Shown here piece after piece: positions 18,103-27,816 of a stretch of 64,000 nucleotides of DNA. The stretch spans positions 32,001 through 96,000 of the forward strand of contig CAVWFS010000011.1 in NCBI GenBank assembly GCA_963754315.1. The letters are read 5' to 3'. This stretch comes from an uncultured Candidatus Rokubacteria bacterium (GTDB taxonomy: Bacteria > Methylomirabilota > Methylomirabilia > Rokubacteriales > CSP1-6). Below the pieces are notes generated by a model. That model worked only from the letters and a program-made list of their open reading frames with translations. It had not been told where the DNA came from and made no database searches. Position numbers and translations under genes: made by a program. The stretch's first letter is position 1; every line of letters starts with the position of its first letter.

Positions 18103-19503
18103 TTAGATCTTCACTACTAAATAAGAGGTTTTCCCGTCCCGCTGGACGAGCAGCAGCAAAGGCGCGCCGGGCTGAACGGCGTCCACCACCCGCCGAAGAT
18201 CGTCGGGGTTCTTGACCGGCTGGCGGTTGGCCTCGGTGATGACGTCGCCAGGGCGCAGTCCTGCCTCTGCAGCCGAGCTCCCTTCCGTGACGCGACGTAC
18301 AATCACGCCCGCCGGGGCCACGCCCAGCTGGCCGGCTAGCTCAGGTGTGACCGGCTCCACGGCGACACCCAGCCGCGCCCGCTGCTCCGTTTCGGGTTGG
18401 GGCGCCGACGAAAGCTGGGCCTCTTGCTCCCGCCGGGCCACCTTTGCGGTCAGCACGAGTGGCTTACCTTCGCGCAGCACGGACATCGTGACGTTCTTGC
18501 CGACGGGCGTGGCTGCCACCAGCAGCGACAGATCGGTCGTGCGCCCGATCTTGCGACCGTCCATCTCGATGATGACGTCACCACGCTTCAGGCCGGCCGC
18601 GGCGGCGGGCGAGCCCTCCCACACCTGGGAGACGAGGGCGCCCTCGGACCTCGGCAGACGGAGGCCTGCTGCGAGCTCGGCCGTCAGTGGCTGCGCGGTC
18701 ACGCCGAGCCAGCCGCGCACGACCTGGCCGCTCTCGGCGAGCTGAGGCACCACGAACTTGGCCAGGTTGACCGGTACGGCGAAGCCGATTCCGATGGAAC
18801 CGCCCGTGCGGCTGAAGATGGCGCTGTTGATCCCGATGACCTCACCTCGGGCGTTGATGAGCGGGCCCCCACTGTTGCCAGGGTTGATCGAGGCGTCGGT
18901 CTGGATGAAGTCGTCGTATGCGCCCTCTCCGATCACTCGTCCGGTGGCACTGACGATTCCCGTGGTCACCGTCTGCTCGAGACCAAAGGGATTCCCCACC
19001 GCCATGACTGGCTCGCCCACCCTGAGCGCGCTCGAGTCGCCAAGCGGGATGACCGGTAGGTTCGTCGCGTCGATCTTGAGCAGGGCCAGGTCGGTTTGCG
19101 GATCGCGACCGGCGATCTTGGCGTCGAACTCGCGGCCATCCGCGAGGCGAACGCGCACCGCGGTGGCACCGTCCACGACGTGATTGTTGGTCAGCGCGTA
19201 GCCGTCCGAGGTGATGATGACACCCGACGCGCGGCCGGCCTGTGGTGCCCGCCCCATCTGAGGGAGACCCCGTCCCGGCGCGCTGCGTAGCTGGGGGGCC
19301 ACGTTGACGACGGCGGGCTTGACAGCCTCGGCGATGGTGACCCAGTCAGCGACGATCGGGGGCTTGAGCGGCGGCTGGCCGGAACGCTCGGCCCAGTACT
19401 GACGGGGCGCGGCCTCGGCGAGTCCCAGGATGCACGATACGGTCAGGAACAGGCCGGCAGCGAGGGAGACCGCATGACGCCCTTGTTGAGCAGTACCTGG
19501 CAT
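18103..19503 (-). CDS. degP: HtrA/DegP (Do family) serine protease with two PDZ domains
   Basis: [28 protein letters not shown], two PDZ repeats; AAGGAGG RBS. Confidence 0.93.
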   Translation of the reverse strand: MPGTAQQGRHAVSLAAGLFLTVSCILGLAEAAPRQYWAERSGQPPLKPPIVADWVTIAEAVKPAVVNVAPQLRSAPGRGLPQMGRAPQAGRASGVIITSDGYALTNNHVVDGATAVRVRLADGREFDAKIAGRDPQTDLALLKIDATNLPVIPLGDSSALRVGEPVMAVGNPFGLEQTVTTGIVSATGRVIGEGAYDDFIQTDASINPGNSGGPLINARGEVIGINSAIFSRTGGSIGIGFAVPVNLAKFVVPQLAESGQVVRGWLGVTAQPLTAELAAGLRLPRSEGALVSQVWEGSPAAAAGLKRGDVIIEMDGRKIGRTTDLSLLVAATPVGKNVTMSVLREGKPLVLTAKVARREQEAQLSSAPQPETEQRARLGVAVEPVTPELAGQLGVAPAGVIVRRVTEGSSAAEAGLRPGDVITEANRQPVKNPDDLRRVVDAVQPGAPLLLLVQRDGKTSYLVVKI

Positions 19504-19607
19504 CGCTGAAACCTCCTTGGGGGTTTGGCGTTCTTTGGATGGCCGGCAGGGGCTTCCCCGAGACCCCGTTCGCTGGTCCCGGGTGAGCAGACGATTGCGA
19601 CGCCCGG

Positions 19608-19658
19608 TCTATTCGCCCTCCCAGGTGCGAAGCCCCTTCTATTCGCCTCCCAGGTACG
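19608..19658. repeat. Imperfect ~22-bp direct duplication of the pepN 3' end
   Basis: TCTATTCGCCCTCCCAGGTGCG (19608-19629) versus TCTATTCGCC-TCCCAGGTACG (19638-19658). Confidence 0.7.
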
Positions 19659-22239
19659 CGCTCAACGTGGCGCCCTCGCGTGCCCGGAGGGTCACTGCAA
19701 TTCGGAGCTGCTCCAGATACTGCTCGAGGGTCTTGCCGCCGAAATCGATCTTCCGCTCGGCGAAGAACGCATGAACGCTCCGTTCCAGCTCTGGTGTCGC
19801 CAGCCCGCTCACCCCCTCGGCCAGACGCCGCAGCCCGTGCTTGGGGTACTGGCGCTCCATCGTGTCCCAGTTGGCCCGGACGAAATCCCACGCGAGCTCC
19901 CGGCCGTGGACCGTCATCAGCAGCGCCCTCGCCACAAACGGGGCATCCTGGGTCCGGATCTCGCCATTGATGGTCTTGGCCAAGGTGCGCTCGACCAGCT
20001 CACGCGATTGGAAGCCCACGAGAGCGTAGAGGTACCGCTGTTCCTCCTGGGGAGTGGTCGCGGCACGGAAGAGTCTGTAGAACTCCTCGTAGCGTACGGC
20101 ATCCCCCACGTGGGCGAGAACGGCGATGAGCGCGGGCAGCACGTTCGGGTCAACGGTGGCCGCGCCCTGCTGGTGCGCGGCGTACAGTTCCGCGGCTCGT
20201 CCTTGCGTCGGGCCGTCATTGCCGAGCGTGCCCAGGACACGAATCAAATCCCCGCGGAGCTGTCGCGTGAGCTCGTCCTCACCCTGCCGCGGCGTCCAGC
20301 CGAGCCGCTCCGCCGCGGGGTGTGTGCGGTCGCGCGTCAGCCGCTCGAGGCCCGGCCGGTCGCTCGGCCGGATGATCCGATTCAAGGTGTAGAGCGATCC
20401 GCTGAGAATGGTCCACACGTTCTTGTCCCGCTCGTCGCGGAATCGCGCTGTGAGATCCAGATACTCGGTGATGGGCATGAGCCCGGCGATGGCGGCCGCC
20501 CACGCATCACCTAGCAGGTTGAACCGTTCGATGGGGGCGAGGCCGTCCGGAAGTTTCCTCAGCAACCCCTCGAGCAGGTCTCGGCCGTAGCGCACGCGAT
20601 AGAACCCGTGCCCGCCCTCGTTGACGACGACCGCTTCGGGGGCGGTGGGGAGCGCGACGTGCGCCACGCCGTCGGTCAGGAGGACGCGCCGCACTTCCCG
20701 CTTCCCCGCGCTCTCCACGCGGATTTGCAAGGGGACCTGCCACCGTTGCTCGGCGGCGCTGACGACAGGAGCGTCGCTCCGGCCGGGGCTACTCTCGAGC
20801 GGCCGCTGCAGGTAGGTGAAGCGTTGCTGCTCGAGGACGAGCTCACGACCGTCCAGACGCGCGCTCACGATCGGAAAGCCCGGGCGAAAGATCCATCCGT
20901 CCATCAAGGCCGGGATCGGCTGGCCCGAGGCGCGACCGAGGGCGGCCCAGAGGTCACCGGTCGAAGCATTGCCGTAGGCATGGGCCTGGAGATAGCCGCG
21001 GACACCAGTCCGGAACACCTCGGGCCCCAGGTATTGCTCGAGCATGCGGAGCACCGACGCGCCCTTCTCGTAGGTGAGCACGTCGAACATGGCGTCGGCG
21101 TCCTTGGGCGCGTTCACCGGGAACTCGATGGGCCGGGTGCTGTGCAGCCCGTCCACTGCGAAGGCGGCCGATCGGGAAACCCCGAAGCTGGTCCACCGTT
21201 GCCACTGGGGTTTCCACGCGTCCACGGCCACCATCTCCAGGAAGGTCGCGAAGGCCTCGTTGAGCCAGATGCCATTCCACCAGTCCATGGTGACCAGATC
21301 ACCGAACCACATGTGCGCATTCTCGTGGGCCACCACGTCGGCCACGCGCTCGAGTTCGCTGTGCGTCGACGCCGTCTCGTCGACCAGGAGCGCCGTCTCA
21401 CGAAAGGTGATGGCGCCCAGGTTCTCCATGGCTCCCGCCGCGAAGTCGGGAATGGCCAGCAGGTCGAGCTTGTCACCCGGGTAGGGCACGCCGTAGTACT
21501 TCTCGAAGAAGGCCAGGGATGCGGCGCCGATCTCACGGCCGAAGGCGGCCAGGCGCCGCTTGCCCGGTGTGCACCACACGCGGAGGGGCGTGCGGCCCAC
21601 CATCACTGGTTCTGTGGCCTCCAGCTCGCCCACCACGAATGCCACTAGATATGTCGACATGATGATCGTGTCGGCGAAGGTCACGACTTTCTTGCCGCCC
21701 TCGGTGCGCTCCGAGACGACGGCCGTATTGGAGACCGCGTCAAAGGCGGGGTCGATCACGAGGGTCGTTGCGAAGACGGCTTTGAAGGCGGGCTCATCCC
21801 AGCAGGGGAAGGCGCGGCGTGCGTCGGTGGCCTCGAACTGTGTGGCGGCGAGCGTGCGGGTGGCGCCCGACTGGTCCTTGTAGCTGCTCCGGTAGAACCC
21901 CCGCAGCTTGTCGTTCAGGATGCCTCGGAAGCGGATCCGCAGACGCCACTGGCCCGGGGTGAGGGGTTCGGCGAAGCGCAGGCAGCAGCGCTCGGTGGGT
22001 TCCTCGACGAGAGCGATGCCCTGCTGGCGGCGCCCGCGATCGTTCGAGATCTCGACCTCGGAGATCGTGAGCTCGATGGCATTGAGCCAGACCTCGGAGG
22101 TAACCTCGACCACGGTCACCGTGATGGTCTCCTCGCCGTCGAAGGCGAAGGTCGTGAAGTCCGGAACCAGACGCAGCTCGTAGCGAGTCGGAATGACAGT
22201 CCGGGGGAGCCTGTAGGGATCCAGGGTCGTGTCCTCCAC
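19639..22239 (-). CDS. pepN: M1 family aminopeptidase N (ERAP1-like C-terminal domain)
   Basis: YRLPRTVIP, TQFEATDARRAFPCWDEP, GAMEN, HENAH-x18-E, YEKGASVLRM. GTG start inferred. Confidence 0.95.
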   Translation of the reverse strand: MEDTTLDPYRLPRTVIPTRYELRLVPDFTTFAFDGEETITVTVVEVTSEVWLNAIELTISEVEISNDRGRRQQGIALVEEPTERCCLRFAEPLTPGQWRLRIRFRGILNDKLRGFYRSSYKDQSGATRTLAATQFEATDARRAFPCWDEPAFKAVFATTLVIDPAFDAVSNTAVVSERTEGGKKVVTFADTIIMSTYLVAFVVGELEATEPVMVGRTPLRVWCTPGKRRLAAFGREIGAASLAFFEKYYGVPYPGDKLDLLAIPDFAAGAMENLGAITFRETALLVDETASTHSELERVADVVAHENAHMWFGDLVTMDWWNGIWLNEAFATFLEMVAVDAWKPQWQRWTSFGVSRSAAFAVDGLHSTRPIEFPVNAPKDADAMFDVLTYEKGASVLRMLEQYLGPEVFRTGVRGYLQAHAYGNASTGDLWAALGRASGQPIPALMDGWIFRPGFPIVSARLDGRELVLEQQRFTYLQRPLESSPGRSDAPVVSAAEQRWQVPLQIRVESAGKREVRRVLLTDGVAHVALPTAPEAVVVNEGGHGFYRVRYGRDLLEGLLRKLPDGLAPIERFNLLGDAWAAAIAGLMPITEYLDLTARFRDERDKNVWTILSGSLYTLNRIIRPSDRPGLERLTRDRTHPAAERLGWTPRQGEDELTRQLRGDLIRVLGTLGNDGPTQGRAAELYAAHQQGAATVDPNVLPALIAVLAHVGDAVRYEEFYRLFRAATTPQEEQRYLYALVGFQSRELVERTLAKTINGEIRTQDAPFVARALLMTVHGRELAWDFVRANWDTMERQYPKHGLRRLAEGVSGLATPELERSVHAFFAERKIDFGGKTLEQYLEQLRIAVTLRAREGATLSAYLGGE

Positions 22240-22267
22240 GAAAAGGTGGTGTTTCAACTTTACTGCA

Positions 22268-23119
22268 TCAGCGGCGGCCGAGCGCGTCGATCCCGACCAT
22301 GCCGACCAGAAAGCCGGCCAGCAGATCCCAGCCCGAGCTGTGCCCGAGGCGCACAAGGCACCGGATGGGGTCGAGGACGTCGCTGACACAAGCACGACGC
22401 TCGAGCGCGTCTGCCAGGTCGTGCAGTGGCTCGTGGCCGTGCCCCTCAGCCAGATCCGCGAGCAGCGCGAGGCTGATGCGATTGGTGCGTTGCCGCGCTC
22501 GGGCGATGAGCCGGGCGCTTGCCTGGCGCCAGGCTGCCCCGCCTGCGCCGTCCATGCGGGCGCGGGCGAAGAGGATGCCCCCCACGAAATCGTCACCGGC
22601 GGGAGTCAATCCAGGTCCGAGCCCGAGCAGCTTCTCCGCGGTTGCCGCCGCCTCGGTCGTGCGATCGCTGTCGCAGGCTCGAGCCAGATCGAGGATGACC
22701 GGCACCGCGCGCGCAAGCGGAAACGGTGGTTCTCGCCCGACGAGCAGCGAGCCGAGGCCGAGGGGCGACGGCAGGCACTCCGGGCGCTCGCGCAAGATGG
22801 TGAGCAAGGCACGCGTCGCTGCCGTCCGCGATGATCGATCGGCGAGCGGAGCCACGCCACGCGGTAGCCAGGGGCGGGCCCTAGCCAGATCGAGCGTGAT
22901 CGCCCCATCCGGGGGAATGCGGCCGAGCTCGTGATTGGTCAGCATCGCCCTTGGGTGGGGGACACCGCCAACGGGGCCGAGCCAGATCACTTCAGCGCCG
23001 GCGGTCAGGTAGAGCGACGTGGTGAGCGAGGCGAGAACGTGCGCGCGACCCTGGGCGGCCGCGAGCGCAGCCTCGGCTTTCCAGCCGATACAGGTGAGAG
23101 GGATTGTCGGGACAACCAC
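22268..23119 (-). CDS. DUF2877 (YahE/YlbF/AllH-like) protein
   Basis: LLGLGPGLTPAGDDFVGG and GHSSGWD motifs; start placed after a leaderless-type -10. Confidence 0.85.
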   Translation of the reverse strand: MVVPTIPLTCIGWKAEAALAAAQGRAHVLASLTTSLYLTAGAEVIWLGPVGGVPHPRAMLTNHELGRIPPDGAITLDLARARPWLPRGVAPLADRSSRTAATRALLTILRERPECLPSPLGLGSLLVGREPPFPLARAVPVILDLARACDSDRTTEAAATAEKLLGLGPGLTPAGDDFVGGILFARARMDGAGGAAWRQASARLIARARQRTNRISLALLADLAEGHGHEPLHDLADALERRACVSDVLDPIRCLVRLGHSSGWDLLAGFLVGMVGIDALGRR

Positions 23120-23201
23120 GCGCGACACGCTAGCACGGACTGTCCGTGAACGGCGGCAAGGGTGTCGACCGGTGGCGGGGTGTCAGGCCTCTGGTAAGGT
23201 G

Positions 23202-24434
23202 ATGCGCGTGAACCTGCGGGTCCTCGTGGTGGCCGGCGCCGTGGTGCTCGCGGCGCTGGCGGCGCCGGTGCCGGCTCGCGATTCGAGCTCTGATTTCCCG
23301 ACCAGGCACTGGCGGCAGCCCCTGGCCGCGCAGGGGAGGCCTCCCGCGAGTTTCTCCCCGCTCGAAGGGTCGCTCAATCCGGAGTCGTGCGGCACCTGCC
23401 ATCCCCTTCAGTACGGTGACTGGCGTGACAGCACTCATGCCGCCGCCAGTGGCCCCGGAATCGCGGGCCAGCTCGTGGAGATGTGGTCGTCCGATCCCGC
23501 ATCGGCCTCCGGATGCTACGCGTGTCATGCGCCGCTCGCGGAGCAGCGGCCATTCATCCGCGCCGGGGCGGGCATGAGCACCGGGGCGGCCTTCGAGAAG
23601 AACCCCGATTACGACCCGACCCTGGCCGACAAGGGCGTTCCGTGCGCGGCGTGCCACGTGCGCGGGCACGAGCGCTTCGGGCCGCCCCGTCGCGACGGAT
23701 CGCTCGAGAGCGGGGTGGCGCGCGAGACCTTGCCCCATCATGGGGTAACGCGCACCCCGGCGTTCCTCGCCTCCGAGTTCTGCCGCGGCTGCCACCAGTT
23801 CGCGCCGAACGGGCCCGCCCTCAACGGCAAGCTCCTTCAAGACACCTACGCCGAATGGCGAGCGAGCCCGTTCGCGCGTCGGGGAGTCCAGTGCCAGGAC
23901 TGTCACATGCCTGATCGCCGCCACCAGTGGCGGGGTATTCATGATCCGGCCATGGTGCGATCGGGACTGACCATCATCGCCCGCGCCGATGCCGCTCGCT
24001 ACCAACCGGGCGACTGGGCGTCGCTCGTCCTGACCGTCACCAGCACACGGATCGGTCACGCCTTTCCGACCTACGTCACCCCGCGCGTGATCATGCGTGT
24101 CGAGCTAGTCGATCGCGACAACCGGTCCGTTCCGGGGACCCGCGTCGAGAAACTCATCGCGCGCGAGGTTTCCCTCGATCTGTCGCGCGAGCTATTCGAC
24201 ACGCGCCTGCTGCCCGGTCAGAGCGCCACCCTGGCCTATCGACCCCGGCTCGACGCGCCCGGCCTGCGGGCGCGCTTCAGCGTGGTCGTCGAGCCTGACG
24301 CATTCTACGAGCGCTTCTTCGCGGTGCTGCTCCAGCAGGGCACGGGACGCGGAGAGAGCCAGATTCGTGAGGCGCTCGACGCCGCACGTCGCTCCCCCTT
24401 CACCGTCTTCACCCAGGATATTCCGCTGACCTGA
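23202..24434 (+). CDS. Periplasmic pentaheme c-type cytochrome (c554-like) with C-terminal beta-rich domain
   Basis: Signal peptide; five CxxCH motifs (CGTCH, CYACH, CAACH, CRGCH, CQDCH); GHAFPT. The start may be GTG 23208. Confidence 0.9.
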   Translation: MRVNLRVLVVAGAVVLAALAAPVPARDSSSDFPTRHWRQPLAAQGRPPASFSPLEGSLNPESCGTCHPLQYGDWRDSTHAAASGPGIAGQLVEMWSSDPASASGCYACHAPLAEQRPFIRAGAGMSTGAAFEKNPDYDPTLADKGVPCAACHVRGHERFGPPRRDGSLESGVARETLPHHGVTRTPAFLASEFCRGCHQFAPNGPALNGKLLQDTYAEWRASPFARRGVQCQDCHMPDRRHQWRGIHDPAMVRSGLTIIARADAARYQPGDWASLVLTVTSTRIGHAFPTYVTPRVIMRVELVDRDNRSVPGTRVEKLIAREVSLDLSRELFDTRLLPGQSATLAYRPRLDAPGLRARFSVVVEPDAFYERFFAVLLQQGTGRGESQIREALDAARRSPFTVFTQDIPLT

Positions 24435-24464
24435 CGCGAGCGACCGATTCACACTTGAGCGTGA

Positions 24465-24860
24465 CTAGGCTCGGAGCTTGCGGGTTCGCAGCGGGCACAC
24501 CTCGGCGATCGCCTCGAAGTCACGGTCGTGATGAGCCACAGTCAGCCCGTGGCGTACGGCGCAGGCGGCGATGAGACAGTCGACCCCGGAGCGAACGGTG
24601 AGGCCCGCCCGGCGGGCAGCTCGATAGAGGTGGACCGCCTCCTCGAACACCTCTTGCCGGAGGGGCGATTCGACAATTGGGAGTGCGAGCATGGCGTCAC
24701 GAGCTATCCGAAACGCCGGCTCATCACGAAAACCTTGGAGCACCTCCTGGACAACCGGCAGACACGTGACTACTTCCTCGACGTCCGCTACCGAATCGAG
24801 GGTCAGCCGGCTCGGCCGGCGAAACACCTCGACCCAGACGGAGGTATCAACGAGAACCAC
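24465..24860 (-). CDS. vapC: PIN-domain toxin VapC
   Basis: LVDTSVW, VVQEVLQG, SGVDCLIAACA, HHDRDF. Confidence 0.92.
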   Translation of the reverse strand: MVLVDTSVWVEVFRRPSRLTLDSVADVEEVVTCLPVVQEVLQGFRDEPAFRIARDAMLALPIVESPLRQEVFEEAVHLYRAARRAGLTVRSGVDCLIAACAVRHGLTVAHHDRDFEAIAEVCPLRTRKLRA

Positions 24861-25080
24861 GAGAGCGGCGGGCCACGCTTCGAGACTGATCGCCCCGCAT
24901 CTCGGCCAAGTTCCCCTCCCACAGGCCGGATCCGGCTAGCTCAAGGATTCGATTCGCGCGCACGCGACGCACGAATTCGGTGAGAGCCCGGGACACTGCT
25001 CCTGAATAGGTCCGCTCTCCGCTGAGCCGGACGGCCTCTTCCAGCAGATTCTCATCAAGCACAAGATTCGTACGTTTCAT
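24847..25080 (-). CDS. vapB: VapB antitoxin (RHH-type)
   Basis: MKRTNLVLDENLLEEA...TYSGAVSRAL...WEGNLAEMR; overlaps the vapC start. Confidence 0.9.
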   Translation of the reverse strand: MKRTNLVLDENLLEEAVRLSGERTYSGAVSRALTEFVRRVRANRILELAGSGLWEGNLAEMRGDQSRSVARRSRGSR

Positions 25081-25092
25081 GCGCATATTATA
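25081..25092 (-). promoter_or_regulatory. -10 box TATAAT of the leaderless vapBC promoter
   Basis: Perfect TATAAT 6 nt upstream of the ATG at 25080; no SD. Confidence 0.65.
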
Positions 25093-25094
25093 CG

Positions 25095-26711
25095 TCACAC
25101 ACCGAGGGCCGCGCCGTCGGCCCGTGGGTCGGACCCGCCCACGAGGGCGTCCTCGTCTAGGCGGATCACATGCGCGTGCCCCATGAGGTCGCTCCACGCT
25201 TCGACCAGACGCACCTCGTGGCCACGTGCCGCGAGGGAGGCGACCACCTCGGGCGCGAAGCGCGCTTCGAGACGGAGCGCTTTCGTCTCTTCTCCCCACG
25301 TGCGGCCTAAGAGCCAGCGCGGAGCCTCGACGGCCGCCTGCGGGCCAAGGCCGCGGTGGAGGATGCGCGTGAGCAGGGCGGCCTGCGTCTGAGGCTGTCC
25401 CTCGCCTCCCATGGTCCCGTAGACGAGACGCGGCCGGCCGTCGACCAGATACATCGAGGGAATCAAGGTGTGCGCCGTGCGTTTGCGGGGGGCAAGCCGG
25501 TTCGGATGGCCGGGATCGAGCGAGAAAAACGCCCCACGATTCTGGAGGAGCACGCCGGTGTCGCCGGCCACGAAGCCGGCGCCGAACTCGTGGTAGAGGC
25601 TCTGGATGAGGGACACGGCGTTACCGTTCGCGTCGGCGGCCACGATGGCCACCGTGTCACCCTCGGCGGGCGGTCCCGCGCCCGCGAGGGCGGCGCGCCG
25701 GGAAATTCGCCGTCGGCGCTGGGCCAGGCGCTCCCCATCGAGGCAGCGCGCGACGGGCACCGGCTCGACCGTGGGGTCTGTGAGATAGCGGTCGCGGTCC
25801 TCGAAGGCGATCTTGGTCGCCTCCACGATCATGTGAACGTAGTCGTCCTCGGGGAGTGTGGCCAGATCGAAGGGGCCGAGCAGACCCAGGATGGCGAGCG
25901 CGGCGAAGCCTTGCGTCGGAGGCGGAAGACTGGTCGCCTCGCCCCCGCCGTACGGTACGCGCAACGGTTCAACCCAGTCGGCACGGTGCGCGGCAAGATC
26001 CTCCGGTGACAGCGGGCTGCCCGCCTCCCGGGCCGCTCGCACGAGCCGCCGCCCGATATCACCCCGGTAGAACTCGTCGATGCCGCCCTCGACGAGGCGG
26101 GTCAAGGTCCGGGCCAGGTCGCGCTGCACGAAGCGCTCGTCGGTGAGCCGGTCGGGATGAAAGAGCGGCCACAGGGTCTGCCGCACCTCGACTGCCGCCG
26201 ACTCGTCGAACAGCGCAGGCACGGAGGCGGTGACTCGACGCTGTCCCGCCGACGGGGTGAAGCCCTCGCGCGCATGGTGAATCGCGGGCCGCAGCAGATC
26301 GGCCCAGCTGATGGAGGATCCCATGCGATCGACGCTGTAGCGATGCGCTTCCCACCAGCCCGAGACCACTCCCGGCACCGTCAGCGCGGCCGGACCGCCC
26401 CGGACCGGGATGGCCGCGCCGTAACGCGACCGATAGGTGTCGATGTCGGCCGCGGCGGCTGAGCGGCCCGCCGCGTTGAGTCCGAGCAAGGTTGCCTGCC
26501 GAGCGTCGTAGATGAGCCAGAAATTGTCCCCACCGACGCCGTTCATGTGGGGGTAGACCACGGCGATGGTGGTGGCGGCCGCCAGCGCTGCGTCCAGAGC
26601 GTTGCCGCCGCGCTCCAGAATGTCGCGGCCCGCGTCCGAAGCAAGTCGATGAGGAGTCGCCACGAGACCGCGCGTGGCGCGCGCCTCCGGCCAGCGGGTG
26701 GGCAAGCTCAC
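25095..26711 (-). CDS. ggt: Gamma-glutamyltransferase family protein
   Basis: GGNALDAA, PHMNGVGGDNF, TVPGVVSGW, GD-T nucleophile, LQNRG, HTLIP, GTMGGEGQPQ, SDPRADG. Confidence 0.93.
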   Translation of the reverse strand: MSLPTRWPEARATRGLVATPHRLASDAGRDILERGGNALDAALAAATTIAVVYPHMNGVGGDNFWLIYDARQATLLGLNAAGRSAAAADIDTYRSRYGAAIPVRGGPAALTVPGVVSGWWEAHRYSVDRMGSSISWADLLRPAIHHAREGFTPSAGQRRVTASVPALFDESAAVEVRQTLWPLFHPDRLTDERFVQRDLARTLTRLVEGGIDEFYRGDIGRRLVRAAREAGSPLSPEDLAAHRADWVEPLRVPYGGGEATSLPPPTQGFAALAILGLLGPFDLATLPEDDYVHMIVEATKIAFEDRDRYLTDPTVEPVPVARCLDGERLAQRRRRISRRAALAGAGPPAEGDTVAIVAADANGNAVSLIQSLYHEFGAGFVAGDTGVLLQNRGAFFSLDPGHPNRLAPRKRTAHTLIPSMYLVDGRPRLVYGTMGGEGQPQTQAALLTRILHRGLGPQAAVEAPRWLLGRTWGEETKALRLEARFAPEVVASLAARGHEVRLVEAWSDLMGHAHVIRLDEDALVGGSDPRADGAALGV

Positions 26712-26751
26712 GCGTCCATCATACATAGCGTCTCCTGTTACTATCGGGCGG
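26712..26751. promoter_or_regulatory. Back-to-back leaderless promoters (ggt / mesD-like)
   Basis: Minus strand: TATGAT-6nt-GTG. Plus strand: TG-n-TACTAT-7nt-ATG. Both lie within 40 bp. Confidence 0.65.
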
Positions 26752-27789
26752 ATGCTGCAGACCACGATCGCCGGAAGTCTGCCCAAGCCCTCGTGGCTGG
26801 CCGAGCCCGAACGCCTGTGGGCTCCCTGGCAAATGTCGGGCAACGCGCTGACGGCCGCCCAGCGCGACGCGGTGCTGGTCGCCCTCAAGGAGCAGGAGGC
26901 GGCGGGCATCGACATCGTGACGGATGGAGAGCAGTCCCGGCAGCACTTTGTCCACGGTTTCCTGGAGAGGCTCGAGGGCATCGACTTCGGTCGGCGCGTC
27001 ACCATCGGCATCCGCGCCGATCGCTATCGGGCGGAGGTCCCGACGGTGACGGGTCGGATTAGCCGGTCTACCCCGGTGCACCTGGACGAGGTGCGCTGGG
27101 CACGCGCTCACACCGAGCGGCCCCTGAAGTTCACGCTTCCCGGACCCATGACCATCGTGGACACCTTGGCCGACGATCACTATCGGGATCGGGCGGCCCT
27201 GGCCATGGCGTTCGCGCGCGTTCTCAACGAGGAAGCGCGCGACCTGGTGGCGGCCGGGGTCGACATCATCCAGTTCGACGAACCGGCCTTCAACGTGTAC
27301 ATGGACGACGTGGCAGCCTGGGGTCTCGAGGCTTTGCAGCGCGCGGCCGCCGGACTCTCCTGCCGAACGGCCGTTCACATCTGCTACGGGTACGGGATCA
27401 AGGCCAACGTCGACTGGAAAGGGACCCTCGGCCCGGAGTGGCGCCAGTACGAGCGGACGTTTCCCCTCCTCGCGCGCAGCGCCATCGATCAGATCTCCCT
27501 GGAATGCGCAGGCTCGCGGGTGCCGCCCTCCTTGCTCGGCCTGCTGGCCGGCAAGGACGTGCTGGTTGGCGTGATCGACGTGGCCACCCTCGAAGTCGAG
27601 AGCCCCGAGCAGGTTGCTGCCGTCATTCGGGAAGCCCTAGGCTTCGTGCAGCCCGACCGTCTGTATCCCTGCACCAACTGCGGCATGGTGCCGTTGCCGC
27701 GCGAAGTGGCGCGGGCCAAGTTGCGAGCCCTCGGCGAGGGAGCCCGACTTGCCCGCCGCGATCTCGAACGTGCCGCCCATCATCCCTGA
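26752..27789 (+). CDS. Cobalamin-independent methionine synthase, catalytic-domain-only (MesD-like)
   Basis: AGSLPKPSWLA, DGEQSRQHFV, LPGPMT, QFDEPAFN, HICYGYGIKAN, LEC, CTNCG (Zn ligands). Confidence 0.88.
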   Translation: MLQTTIAGSLPKPSWLAEPERLWAPWQMSGNALTAAQRDAVLVALKEQEAAGIDIVTDGEQSRQHFVHGFLERLEGIDFGRRVTIGIRADRYRAEVPTVTGRISRSTPVHLDEVRWARAHTERPLKFTLPGPMTIVDTLADDHYRDRAALAMAFARVLNEEARDLVAAGVDIIQFDEPAFNVYMDDVAAWGLEALQRAAAGLSCRTAVHICYGYGIKANVDWKGTLGPEWRQYERTFPLLARSAIDQISLECAGSRVPPSLLGLLAGKDVLVGVIDVATLEVESPEQVAAVIREALGFVQPDRLYPCTNCGMVPLPREVARAKLRALGEGARLARRDLERAAHHP

Positions 27790-27816
27790 GTAGACGATCA
27801 TGCGCGAGGGTAGCTG

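Noticed and set aside
22240..22596. N-terminal extension of PepN to 985 aa
   Set aside because: It overlaps the DUF2877 gene; M1 homology starts near YRLP, so GTG 22239 is preferred.
24465..25092. vapBC as a marker of a mobile element
   Set aside because: No integrase, transposase, terminal repeats or compositional shift flank it, so it looks like a solitary chromosomal TA module.
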